Assembly: GCA_963727895.1 (NCBI GenBank)
Contig: CAVSHT010000005.1
Location: 352,001 to 416,000 of the forward strand
Length of the DNA: 64,000 nt
Direction: 5' to 3'
From: an uncultured Methanosarcinaceae archaeon
GTDB taxonomy: Archaea > Halobacteriota > Methanosarcinia > Methanosarcinales > Methanosarcinaceae
The position numbers and the translations under genes were made by a program. Positions 12,416 to 23,002 of this stretch are shown in pieces. How positions within the stretch are numbered: the first letter of the stretch is position 1; each line of letters begins with the position of its first letter. Under the pieces are notes generated by a model. That model did no database searches. It saw nothing but the letters and a program-made list of their open reading frames with translations, and was not told the origin of the DNA.

Positions 12416-13020
12416 GTTATAACTATACAGTAGAGCTAAAATCAACTGCTTTTTCCACTTCTGTAAAAAGACAGGCTTTACAACTTTACCTTGAAGGATT
12501 GGGCTTTCGCTCAATAGGGCAGTTTTTAGGGGTAAGTCATGTTTCTGTCCAAAAATGGATAAAGAAATTTGGTCAGGAGTTAGAGGCTCTAAAAAGCGAA
12601 AATGAGATATCTATTGTTGAAATGGATGAAATGCACACTTACATCGGTAACAAAAAAAATATTGCTGGATCTGGATTGCTGTTGATAGAGTTGGGAAAAA
12701 GTTTATCAACTGCTCTTTTGGTAGCAGAGGAACAGAAACTGGAAAACTACTCTGGGAAAAAGTGAAGAAAAAAGAGATTGGAGAAGTGATGACAGATCAC
12801 TGGAGGGCATATGCAGAGTTTATTCCAGAAAAGATCCATACTCAATCAAAAGCAGAAACATTTACAGTTGAGGGATATAACAGCATATTGAGGCATTTCC
12901 TGGCAAGATTGAGAAGAAAGACAAAGTGTTATACAAAAAGTCTTGAAATGCTAAAGTACTCGGTTATTATATTGATGAAATACAGAAATAAAGAACTAGA
13001 TATATTTAGTTACCAATACC
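12416..13020 (+). mobile_element. 5'-truncated IS1-family element
   Basis: Starts at YNYTVELKST (Zn finger lost), ends with TTACCAATACC; ORFs 12403-12765 and 12762-13097. Confidence 0.85.
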
Positions 13021-13303
13021 GAAAATTGCTCATTGAATTTGATAGGACTTATGCAGTTGCCTACTTTACAGGCAACTTTCGAGTTTTTACTTTTTAAGCT
13101 AATTTATATATTTCTAATAACTCGATTTATAGTATTTTTTGTATTTCTCAATTTTAGGTCGTGCACTAACTAGGTGGTTGATATTTATCTTTGAGCATCT
13201 TTGATTTAGAGCCTCCGAAAAGCGTTGTAAACTACGATCTCAAAAATTGACAGTTCAATCAGAACTGATTCTGGGTGTTACAAATTTATTGTAACAATGA
13301 CTA

Positions 13304-13663
13304 TTATTCACTTACCCACACTTTTGCTTTATCAATTTCACTATTACTAAAAACTTTCACTTGAACAGGAATGATAAATTTGAATACGTTAACAGAATCA
13401 TTTATCCAGTGAACATCAGAAACAACTACAACTTTTTCAAATGAAAGTGTATGCCACGAGACTTTTGCATCTTCTAAGTAAGCATCGGGTGCATAATGTA
13501 CAAAGTCCTTTTTCAATTGATAGAGCATGCGAATCTTTTTGTGTCTTTGCAGTTTGTCTTTCATTGCAGGAATTAGTACAGTGTCATAGTCTTCTCCTGT
13601 TATTGTTCCACTACCCACAATACCCAGAACATTGTCGGGCAAACCTTGAATAAGTTCCATCAT
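13304..13663 (-). CDS. STAS/SEC14 (SpoIIAA-like) domain protein
   Basis: NVLGIVGSGTITGEDY...FEKVVVVSDVHWI...VKVFS..EIDKAKVWV pattern. Confidence 0.8.
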   Translation of the reverse strand: MMELIQGLPDNVLGIVGSGTITGEDYDTVLIPAMKDKLQRHKKIRMLYQLKKDFVHYAPDAYLEDAKVSWHTLSFEKVVVVSDVHWINDSVNVFKFIIPVQVKVFSNSEIDKAKVWVSE

Positions 13664-14077
13664 ACTATTATCTCCAAATTAAAGTTAAATATTCCTGCTC
13701 ATTGATCCAAACCTTTTCCTTGTAAGTTCATCTTGCTAAAAAGGCTTACATGAATATAAACCATAAGTTAGATCATCCATCATTACAAAGTTTATGCTTT
13801 GAGGATTAAGTTTCCAGCGAGACTAAAGTTTGTATTTTCATGCATCTAAACAGGTTTGCTATAGCTTCACATAATTACAGAAAAAAAGTATGAATATAAC
13901 ATTAAAAGCTTTTTGAAAATAGCTTTGACCAATTAATAGAAGAAGATTAGATAGTTAAAGGCAAGATAAAAGTTTTATTCTTTTATCTATGACTTTCTTT
14001 TCAGAATATTCGGCTGAGGTCACTGTTTATCCAGCATCTTTGATATCAGCGACCTGCAGCTCTATACTTAAGATATC

Positions 14078-14188
14078 TTACTTTCCTTTCTTTCCAGGCT
14101 TTTTTAGTTTATGTTCTGATGCTTTATTTGATGCGGCTTTCGTGCAATTACCTGGATTTATTACCGGTTTGGTTGCTTTCTCAGTCAT
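14078..14188 (-). CDS. Small basic peptide, 36 aa (MTEKATKPVINPGNCTKAASNKASEHKLKKPGKKGK)
   Basis: Read by hand; SD-like GTAGGAGA just upstream of the ATG; below the ORF track cutoff. Confidence 0.45.
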   Translation of the reverse strand: MTEKATKPVINPGNCTKAASNKASEHKLKKPGKKGK

Positions 14189-15030
14189 GTTTATCTCCTA
14201 CATTTATTGGTTGATTAAAGTCCGGTAATGGGCGTGAGTTGTTGAAAAAAGTAAGCGCAAGAATACTTCTCCACTTTTTTGAAATATGGGGAGAATACTC
14301 TCTTTTTTGTAAGTGATCAATAACCCCCGCACACGACCAAAACTTCTATACTCAATATATTGAATGTACTTTAACAGATATATAAATTTGTGTATGTTGG
14401 GGGTTATGAGATTTGGACTTACTGGGTTTCATTGACTCATAATTACAGTTACAATTTAAAATAAGTAGTCCCACCTCAGAACAGTATAACTCTTATTTAT
14501 TTTCAATATTGTCCCTGTATGCAGACCTAATCAGCTGGGTCTTACTTCACACGCCCATTCTCTTACTATTATAGTTCTTTCCATCCTCCATTTTCTCTCC
14601 CTGACCATCTTCTTCTCTAATTGCACTTCGACAACCTCTTGTAACCTGAAATAGTCCTGATTTGTTTGTAAGTGAGAAATTTCAGAAAGAATTGAGTAGG
14701 CGCTTGAAAGTCCTGAGAGTCACCCAGGGTTCACTTAATATAATAGTATTGAAAATAATAATTAAGTAACTAAAAAGAATTTTGTGTCCATAAGTGATAA
14801 AAAGTTAGCGAGTCTCTTTCTAAAAACAGTAGCTAATTAAACAAAAAAGAAATTTATTTCATGATATTATGAGCGATGTTCCAAACAAAAAAATCAAAAT
14901 CGTAGATAAAATACTTTAAAGATTAAGGTATTATTTCATTAGATATCAGTAAAAAAATAATCAAAGGGAGACGAGTTAGCTGGATATTTATGACGGATTA
15001 ATCGCCAGTCGCTGGAAAATCGGAGCAGCC

Positions 15031-16035
15031 TTGGCTGTAGCGTTGCTTCTGTACTTTTCTTTTCTAATTCTGCTGCCCCTGGCAGACGGAATTGTACTTG
15101 GCATAGTCTTTGCTTACATTGCCAGACCCATCAAGATGAGATTCAAAAAGCATAAAAAAACTGGGGCACTTGCGGCCAGTATGTGTATATTCATCCCAAT
15201 AGTATTCATTGTCGGGGCAGGAATTGTTGAAATTATTAATCAGGTCTCCTGGATTATTAGTAATCAGACCGCAGTCGCGGCAGCCGTTCTGAATTTCATA
15301 AATTCTCTGAACATTCCAGATAAAGTTATAGAAAATGTTAATTCCGCCATCTGGGATCTATTTACCTCGCTGCTCCCTGCAGTAGGACGCATAGGGGTTT
15401 TTTCATATGCTCGAGGAATTGGTCTTTTTGTCGTTAATTTCATAGTTTCGATCATTTTTTGTTTTTATATACTTGCGGATGGTGACAGGCTTTACTTTGC
15501 TTTTCTTGGTGTGATTCCAAAAGAGTATAAGGGAGTTGTAAACCGTTATGCATGTCATCTGGATCTAATTCTTAGAGGAATTTTCATAGGTACTGCTTAC
15601 TCTTCACTTATAGTAAGTGTGACTTCAGTTTTTGTATTCTATGCATTTGGGTTTCCACATGCACTGGCACTTGCAACTCTTATCTTCATAGCCTCGGTAA
15701 TTCCTCTTTTTGCCGGATACATGGTGCTTGTGCCTCTAGCTTTAATGCGTTATATAGAATCAGGGTTTGAAAGTGCAGCATTTTTCTTTGTGGTCTCTTC
15801 TCTCATTATTTATGGGCCTCCCGAACTTATACTCAAACCTTACCTTGCTGGCATGAAATCTAAAATTCATCCGATGCCGCTCATTCTTGCCTTCCTGGGT
15901 GGAGCTTTTGTCGGAGGAATTGCTGGCTTTTTTGCAGCTCCAATTCTTTTGGGAGCCCTGGTTGCAGCTTACAGGGTTTATCAAGAACAAACAATAGCGG
16001 ATGACGAGTTTATACAAAAATTACAAATATCTTGA
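15031..16035 (+). CDS. AI-2E family transporter; C-terminus replaced by element-derived sequence
   Basis: Multi-TM with IHPMPLILAFLGG...GFFAAPILL motif; attL lies in the codons for RVYQEQ. Confidence 0.85.
   Translation: MAVALLLYFSFLILLPLADGIVLGIVFAYIARPIKMRFKKHKKTGALAASMCIFIPIVFIVGAGIVEIINQVSWIISNQTAVAAAVLNFINSLNIPDKVIENVNSAIWDLFTSLLPAVGRIGVFSYARGIGLFVVNFIVSIIFCFYILADGDRLYFAFLGVIPKEYKGVVNRYACHLDLILRGIFIGTAYSSLIVSVTSVFVFYAFGFPHALALATLIFIASVIPLFAGYMVLVPLALMRYIESGFESAAFFFVVSSLIIYGPPELILKPYLAGMKSKIHPMPLILAFLGGAFVGGIAGFFAAPILLGALVAAYRVYQEQTIADDEFIQKLQIS
15972..15991 (+). repeat. attL core CAGGGTTTATCAAGAACAAA
   Basis: Identical to 45294-45313. Confidence 0.9.
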
Positions 16036-16063
16036 GCCCCACTATATAACCGGAGGTTATATT

Positions 16064-17269
16064 TTGAGGGACGAAAAATTCTTATTTAGCTTTTTTGAAA
16101 AGAACAACACTTCCAAAAGAAACCAAGAAATTGCTTGGCGATACATTGACAAATATTTTAGAGATCCAGGTAGTGGACTATCTGAAGCGACTGTACAAAA
16201 TAATATTGACATTTTGTCTGTGATTCTTAAATTTGTTGATACTGATCTTGATAATTTAACGCAAGATGATGTTGACACGTTTAAAATAGGCATCAGTAAA
16301 TACAAAAAGAATAATGGTCAGCCAATTGCAAAAGCCTCAATGAAACACTATTATGTCGGGTTCAAGCAGTTTCTCAAATGGGCAGCAAGAGAATATCACA
16401 AGCCTGAGTATCGGGATCTGAGCGAGAACTTTTCGACAAAGTTAAAAACAAAAAAGAAAAATGCTTCTGATCTTTTGACTGAGCAAGAGATTGACAAAAT
16501 TTTTGCAGCAGCAATACATCCCAGAGACAGAGCAATTCTTTCAGTCTTGTCTGAGAGTGGCTGCCGAGCAGGTGAGCTTGTCAGTATGCAGATCAAGCAT
16601 GTGAAGTTCACAAATGAATTCGTCTGGGTTACATTCCCGCAAAGTAAAACAACACCTCGGGCTGTGCCATTAAAAGAGTCGATGATATATCTGTCAGCTT
16701 GGCTTACACATCATCCATTGAAATATGACGAGGAAGCACCTCTTTGGGTTTCACTGAACCCAATATCTGCCACAAAGGGCGGTGGTGATCGTGCCTATCA
16801 ACCGATGCCGAGGTCAGCTGTACTTGAGCTTGTTCATAGACTTGCAAATAAAGCGGGGATAAAGAAGCGATGCTATACTCATCTGTTCAGACATTGTGCA
16901 GCCACAAAAATGTCAAAAGAATGGACTGAGCCACGAATGCGGAACTTTTTTGGCTGGTCAACTCACTCAGCAATGCCTTCGGTCTACTCACATTTGGGAG
17001 CTGGGGATTTCGAAGAAGCAATGAGAAAACTGTGCGGCACAGCAGAAGAAAGAAAACCCGAACCTAAATTCCAAAAATGTCCCAGATGCAAGCGTGAATT
17101 GCCAAAAAGGGCTGAGTACTGTGATGTTTGCGGCACAAAGCTTGGGAAGCAGCAGGTTCAAAAAGCTGATGATGATCTTGCAAGTCAAATGCGTCGTATA
17201 CTCTTAGAAGAGCATCCAGAGATCTTACAAAAAATTGTTCTCGCGATGACAAAATCACAAAATCAATAA
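16064..17269 (+). CDS. Tyrosine recombinase/integrase with C-terminal Zn ribbon
   Basis: Catalytic motifs SGCRAGE, SKT, HLFRH, GWS, VYSH; CPRC..CDVC; TTG start after GGAGG (ORF is open from 16001). Confidence 0.92.
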   Translation: MRDEKFLFSFFEKNNTSKRNQEIAWRYIDKYFRDPGSGLSEATVQNNIDILSVILKFVDTDLDNLTQDDVDTFKIGISKYKKNNGQPIAKASMKHYYVGFKQFLKWAAREYHKPEYRDLSENFSTKLKTKKKNASDLLTEQEIDKIFAAAIHPRDRAILSVLSESGCRAGELVSMQIKHVKFTNEFVWVTFPQSKTTPRAVPLKESMIYLSAWLTHHPLKYDEEAPLWVSLNPISATKGGGDRAYQPMPRSAVLELVHRLANKAGIKKRCYTHLFRHCAATKMSKEWTEPRMRNFFGWSTHSAMPSVYSHLGAGDFEEAMRKLCGTAEERKPEPKFQKCPRCKRELPKRAEYCDVCGTKLGKQQVQKADDDLASQMRRILLEEHPEILQKIVLAMTKSQNQ

Positions 17270-17384
17270 CGGTAAAAGATTACATATATGTTGAAACAAT
17301 AATTATTATTGAAAGTGACTTACTTCGGCGAGATTGCCTCGATGAAAGCATATCACTCTTTTAAATGAATATCGAGGCAATATT

Positions 17385-17537
17385 ATGACCCAAACATTTG
17401 AAGAACAGGCTGCTGAGCTTGTCCGCCAAAATACTGACAGTGTAAAGAGGATTACACAGTATCATTCTGACGCTTTCACTAGAGCAATGGCTCAAGTGTT
17501 TCTTGAGACAGCGGGTGAGCAGCCATGTCAGACCTAA
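17385..17537 (+). CDS. Small hypothetical protein, 50 aa (MTQTFEEQAAELVRQ...)
   Basis: Read by hand; overlaps the next start, first gene of an operon-like run. Confidence 0.5.
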   Translation: MTQTFEEQAAELVRQNTDSVKRITQYHSDAFTRAMAQVFLETAGEQPCQT

Positions 17538-17830
17538 AAATGGTCAAAGCCTGCCCGAATTGCGATAGTACGCACCTCCACTATCGAAAACGAACAAATG
17601 ACTATCACTGCATTCATTGCAAATCGGTATTTAGTGAGCCCATAGAACGACCTGCAAAGCCCAAAGGTCATGAGCTCGGCATGTGTGGCAAATCTCGTCA
17701 GTGTCCAGAATGTGGCAGTCGAAAGACGAGATATAGTAGCCCTCGACTCAATGGCCCTAAGCATTGGGTCTGTACATATTGTTATAATACTTTTGATGTG
17801 AACCGAGACTGCCAAGCCCGCAATGCCTAA
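17525..17830 (+). CDS. Double Zn-ribbon protein
   Basis: CPNC..CIHC and CPEC..CTYC. Confidence 0.7.
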   Translation: MSDLKMVKACPNCDSTHLHYRKRTNDYHCIHCKSVFSEPIERPAKPKGHELGMCGKSRQCPECGSRKTRYSSPRLNGPKHWVCTYCYNTFDVNRDCQARNA

Positions 17831-18032
17831 ATTAGATCCGGGCCTACTTCGAGCTTGCCCAAATTGCGACAGCGCTAATATCTATCATGCAAAGCATGAT
17901 TGGCGATGTCATTCTTGCAATAGTGTTTTTGAGCAACCTATCCAGCGGGCAAAGAAAACGTGGCGTTGCAATACCGATTCAGCATATAGACCATTGCCTA
18001 AATTTTTGAAAATTATAAAGAGGGATAATTGA
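17823..18032 (+). CDS. Zn-ribbon protein, paralog of the preceding gene
   Basis: ACPNCDS...WRCHSCNSVFEQPI. Confidence 0.65.
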   Translation: MPKLDPGLLRACPNCDSANIYHAKHDWRCHSCNSVFEQPIQRAKKTWRCNTDSAYRPLPKFLKIIKRDN

Positions 18033-18181
18033 TGGTCAGAGCTATCAATCCCAATAAAAAAATTAATACTTCGCTTTCATTTGACCTTGAGGTCATAGCA
18101 ATTATTGATAGAGAGCGAGGCATTGACAGTCGTAGCGGGTGGCTCAACGACCTAATTTTAGAGATGTTCGAGGGCGAGTGA
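18032..18181 (+). CDS. Ribbon-helix-helix (CopG-like) protein, 49 aa
   Basis: Read by hand: MVRAINPNKKINTSLSFDLEVIAIIDRERGIDSRSGWLNDLILEMFEGE; paralog of 33094-33291. Confidence 0.65.
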   Translation: MVRAINPNKKINTSLSFDLEVIAIIDRERGIDSRSGWLNDLILEMFEGE

Positions 18182-18183
18182 CG

Positions 18184-19149
18184 ATGAAGATTCCGACAAC
18201 GACATCGATCACGGCCTGTCCACACTGTGGCAGCTATCACATTATAAAAAGGATATTTTACTATTATTGTTCAAAGTGCAAAAATACATTTGAACAGCCT
18301 GAAATACAGCTATTTTCAGGGCCAGTCATCGATGAGAAATATAAAGTAAAACAACGTGAGAAAAACATTAAGGCAGGACTAAAGCTGCTATGGGAGTACA
18401 AAAAACAAGTAATACCTCCTACACAAGTAATACCACATATACAAGTAGCAAAGTCCCACGAAGATGTTCTTAAAAATATCAACCAAAAATTAGACCAGCA
18501 GCAAAAACACGAACTCACAGATGAGCAAAGAGAGTGTTTTGCGCAGCTGGTGGCGTTCAACACACTAATAAAAAATATATCAACCTCTCTAAAAGACGAT
18601 CTGCAGCTGGCGTCGCCAATTCCACCAGAGCCAAAACCGAGGCAGGCCACAAACTACGTTCCTATATGCCCAACCTGTGGCAGCACCCAACTAAATCCGC
18701 CGCGTGGTGACCGGTGGGAGTGGTACTGCCCGAAATGTATGAAGATGTTCGATAAGCCTGAAACCCGTGAAAAACAGCCTGTAAAAAGCGATAGACTTGA
18801 GATCGAAATAGAGAAAAGAGCGATTCTTCGGGATATTAAAGTGGGTTTGAGGCTACTATGGAAGCAACAAGAGGTTGTAAAGCCTAGAAAGCCTGTAAAA
18901 AGCAATAAAATTCCGAGAGTAAAAATACCCGAGATACAAATGCCAGAACAGTTGTTTGAAGTTGTTGACAAAAAGCCAAAACCAAAGTCTAGAAAAGCCC
19001 AAGTTCCAAGATCAGAACCCATAATATCCCTCGATCCAGCAGAACAACGAAGAATAGAGGTTCTTAGGGATATTAAGGTTGCCTGCAAGCGCACTAAAGG
19101 TCAAGTACGAGCTCTTCAGCCTGTTTTTATGGCTAAAAAAGCAAAATAG
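18184..19149 (+). CDS. Repeat protein with two Zn ribbons and a thrice-repeated (R/K)(D/N)IK(V/A)(G/A) helix
   Basis: CPHC..CSKC, CPTC..CPKC; NIKAGLKLLW / DIKVGLRLLW / DIKVACK. Confidence 0.7.
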   Translation: MKIPTTTSITACPHCGSYHIIKRIFYYYCSKCKNTFEQPEIQLFSGPVIDEKYKVKQREKNIKAGLKLLWEYKKQVIPPTQVIPHIQVAKSHEDVLKNINQKLDQQQKHELTDEQRECFAQLVAFNTLIKNISTSLKDDLQLASPIPPEPKPRQATNYVPICPTCGSTQLNPPRGDRWEWYCPKCMKMFDKPETREKQPVKSDRLEIEIEKRAILRDIKVGLRLLWKQQEVVKPRKPVKSNKIPRVKIPEIQMPEQLFEVVDKKPKPKSRKAQVPRSEPIISLDPAEQRRIEVLRDIKVACKRTKGQVRALQPVFMAKKAK

Positions 19150-19229
19150 GAAGCAAAATTGCTGCCAAACTAAGAGCTAAAACGTTAATGAATATCTTTG
19201 AAATTGTGGATGAAATTCATAAATTCTAA

Positions 19230-19589
19230 TTATGACCTATTAACTGGAGTTCCTGCTGGTGGAGTTGCTCCTCTGGGAGGAATGGTACCGTTGGCTGACA
19301 TATTATCTGGGTGCATTGTTGAATTAGGTGGCATGTTCCCCATTTTTCCTTCTGGAGGCATTGTCGCATTATTTGGCACATTTCTTGATTTTCCTCCAGA
19401 GGGCATGTTATTAGGTGACATGTTACCGGGGTTTCTTTCAGCAGGTCTCGTATTATTGTTTGACATATTGCCTGCGTTCTTTTCTGTAGGTGTAGCGTTG
19501 TTAGATGTTTTATTGTCAGTACATCCTGACATCGCTAATACTAACATAAGTAGCAAACCAATCACTAAAAAACTAACTTTTCTCATCAT
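19230..19589 (-). CDS. Putative lipoprotein, Asn/Met/Pro-rich low complexity
   Basis: Signal peptide with lipobox-like AMSGC followed by GNM/PP repeats. Confidence 0.7.
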   Translation of the reverse strand: MMRKVSFLVIGLLLMLVLAMSGCTDNKTSNNATPTEKNAGNMSNNNTRPAERNPGNMSPNNMPSGGKSRNVPNNATMPPEGKMGNMPPNSTMHPDNMSANGTIPPRGATPPAGTPVNRS

Positions 19590-20114
19590 ATTACCTCAAT
19601 AGATTGGACTTTATAAAATAAAGTCACTTAATCACTAAAAACTTTTGCATGATATTCAATCAATATTCTCAAAATCTTTTTTCAAAAAAGCTTGCAGAAA
19701 TGAAAAGTTTGGGTCGAAAACGATGAAGTGAGCCAGCTTTCCCGACAAAATACATTAGAGAACTTTCAAGCCTTGGCTATGATGTTCACTATACTAGTTC
19801 TGAAGAAGAACAGCTTGAAAATCTTAGGCAGCTTGCTGAAGCTAAAAATGACGAAGTGCTGAAAAGCACTTACTAATTTTCTTTTTTGATATTTATATCG
19901 GGATATTTAGGAAAAGTAGTATCGGGCAACCTATATATCCCTCCTCAAAACGGTATAACTAAATTGTTAAAAACCTTTATATACTTTACATAGTTATTTA
20001 CTTATATATACAAAGTAGTAAATTATAAACAGAAGTTGTCCTCCGGCGGCTGGATCAGCCGATGTATAATTACGAAAACTGCTTTTTTAATCGAATAAAC
20101 AGGAGGAACAATAA

Positions 20115-20339
20115 ATGGGCAATGTGAGAAATTTTGCATTTAGTGCAGATCCACGAGAATTCATGTCAGTACAGAACAAAACCGATGAAATTGCGAAGCA
20201 ATATCCTGGTTTTTCAAGGTCACTTGTCTGGAAAACCCTATTAATTGAAGTGCTTGGTGTCGAGCCTTTAGATCCTGATATGCATAAGGTCTATCTCAAT
20301 CGTATAAACAAAGCGCTTGGAAAGCAGGAGAACAAATAA
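20115..20339 (+). CDS. Small putative DNA-binding (RHH-like) protein upstream of rep
   Basis: SD AGGAGG; beta-strand RNFAFS then helices with SRSLVW. Confidence 0.55.
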   Translation: MGNVRNFAFSADPREFMSVQNKTDEIAKQYPGFSRSLVWKTLLIEVLGVEPLDPDMHKVYLNRINKALGKQENK

Positions 20340-20503
20340 GCTCAAAAGAAGGTGTGTCAAGGGCGCCCGAAATCGCCCCTGAGATCGGTTGAGAACATGA
20401 GTAAATTGGTCACAAAACCCATATAATAAAAGGGTTTGAACCTATTTACATATTATGTCTGCCGATATCGTTTTTGACGCACCTCTTTTAGGAGGTCATA
20501 AAC

Positions 20504-22887
20504 ATGAGTGAAGCAAATAATTCACAGGATAATATGCAGTCACCCGAAAAGGTTGAGGGAGAGCCCGAGGCAGTTTATGTTCAGGCACCCGTCGATGAAG
20601 TGCAAGCGAGAATTGAAAAACTTGCAAAAAAGACTGGTAAAAGTGCTGATATTATACAGGCAGAACTTGATAAGATCATGCAAAACATGCGCGGTGATGG
20701 AGTTAATAATGCAACTCAAGCTGACAAATTGCGAGGAGCACTTATATTTTTAGAATCGCAAGTGTCCAACTACACAAAAAGTGTATTACCTGCTGATGAA
20801 TGTGAAAGTTCTAGTATAATGTCACAAACACGAGCTGACAAGTTTTATGGTTTAAAGCGAAATCCAAATATAGTGCACATCGATTCAAAAACTTACATTT
20901 TGCCATATGATGAGGAGAAAGGCGTATACTATGAATTCGATTCCAATCCTGAGACATCTGGCAAGCGTGGTGAGATTGTTAAAATCACTGCAAAACGAAA
21001 TAAAGACGAGTCATATTTCTGGATCAGAGAGAGAATATGTAACTGTATGACCATGGTTACAAGCTATCATCACTCGTTGGAGTCAACACATTGTTTTGTT
21101 GAAATTGCATATACTGACTACAGTGACAGAACTGCAATATGGAAACAAAAAACAATTCCAGCTGAAGCAATAGCAACAAAAGATGGACTTAAAAGAGTTG
21201 TTGTGCCAGAAGGCATAGCCATTATTGAATCGCAGTTTCAAGATATGATTGAATTCTATAGCTTGTGTATTGCACATAATGATCATCAGAAAAATACAGA
21301 TTTCACTTGTGGTAGTGTGACTGAAACCACTGGCTGGAAAAAAATCAACAAAACTGATATGACATCTAACATATTTGTTGTTGGGAATTATGCATATTAT
21401 CTCAAAAATAACAATATCGAGCGACGCTGTTCACTATTCAACGATACTAAAAATGCTGACGTTGAATCTAAGCTTCAACAAAAAGGCACATTGGAAGGCT
21501 GGATTGATGCGGTACGACCACTTATCGGCCACAATATCGTTAGAGTAGTTTGTTATGCCGCAATGGCATCAACATTAATCAAAGTTCTAGGAAGTCCACA
21601 ATTTACACTTGGTATAGTAGGCGAGAGTTCGATCGGTAAAACACTTTCGACGCAAGTTGCAGCAAGTCTCATCGGAAATCCAAATGATAAAGATGGTGGA
21701 CTATTAGATAGTGGTGATGTCTCAATTACTGGTTTGAGTGCAATTGTCACAACATTTAATGATCTCCCATGTTTCTTTGATGAAACAACAACAATGAAAG
21801 AAGACGTGAAAAAATATCTGGGTTATTTGATTGCAAATGGTCAAGAACCAAAGAGAGGAACAAAAGATGGAAAACTACGTGACAAACATCCAATTAGATC
21901 TAATGTGATACTGACTGGTGAAACCGATTTTATCTCAAGAGTTGCAAATGATGGTGCACAAACGAGAGTTATAGTGATTAGAGATCGACCAATTCCAAAG
22001 CTTGACTACCCGAGCATACTATGGCAGTCGAGGGATAAAATGCTGGAAAATTTTGGTCATGTAACACCACTATTTCTCAAGCAAATCGATATGCTAGGTA
22101 GACAGCAACTTATCAATGCATATCATGTACTTAGAGAATATTATGCGAAGACAACAACCGATGAAAAACAACAAAGAAAAGCACAGTGTTTTGCTTTGAT
22201 GGAAATTGCCGGGATATTGCTCGAAAAAGTATTTGTGAACATTGGAATTGAATATAAGGATCCTCATAAGGTCACTCAGTCACTTTGGGAACGCTGTGTT
22301 ATAGAGAAACCTGATGTATCACTTGCTGTACGAATCGCACAATCAATAGATGAATATATCGAATCAAATAAACTAAATAATTTCATCGTCAATAATAATA
22401 AAGATGCCAAAATAAGTGGTGATGGACTATATGGCTATATTAAAATAAAAAACGACGAATACAACGCTTGTTTGTACCCAGATAAGCTCAATGCACATCT
22501 CAGAAAACATGACTATAGTATGACCCCAGTGTTTGTTACAGGGATTTGAAAGTAAAGGGTATAATCAAAGTCGATCCAAAGAGACGCGATTTTACAAACA
22601 ATGTTCACCGTGGTGGAAATAGACTTCAGCTAATCAACATTGACATGCTTAAGTTGCAGGAATATATAGGTATGAAATCAGAGCCAGATTACAATACTGA
22701 TGACATCACTGATGTACTCGGGGATGTGATAGCATATTCAACTCCTATAATATCACCTGTGACTGGCGAGCCAATACGGACATGGAGTGATTTAAATAAG
22801 CCTTGTAAGAAACTCGAACCAAAAAAACAAATCGATGAATCCGAGTTTCCACAAAATCCCTACGATTCTATTGATGATGAATGGTAA
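20504..22887 (+). CDS. DUF927-type P-loop replication helicase; C-terminal domain (22546-22887) separated by an apparent frameshift
   Basis: TGW motif, Walker A GESSIGKT, Walker B PCFFDE, ILTGE; the downstream ORF continues as DLKVKGII... one base out of frame at ~22540. Confidence 0.75.
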
Positions 22888-23002
22888 ATTCCTAAAAAAA
22901 TATCTGAACTAATCTTCTTTTTTGAGCCGCGTCTGGACTCTACAGTATAATTTTATTGTAAGTGTAAACCTTTTTTTGATATTTTTACCATTTTTTTGAT
23001 CA

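Noticed and set aside
13011..13025. TACCAATACCGAAAA shared between the IS1 right end plus flank and the ori repeats (~23330)
   Set aside because: No other IS1 sequence lies near the ori; treated as coincidence.
16001..17269. SSV-type split integrase or tRNA integration site
   Set aside because: The att core lies upstream of an intact integrase, inside a protein-coding gene; no tRNA was recognised in the window.
19720..19876. Open frame ...FPTKYIRELSSLGYDVHYTSSEEEQLENLRQLAEAKNDEVLKSTY*
   Set aside because: No start codon; at most a 3' remnant of a gene displaced by the lipoprotein cargo, so not called as a feature.
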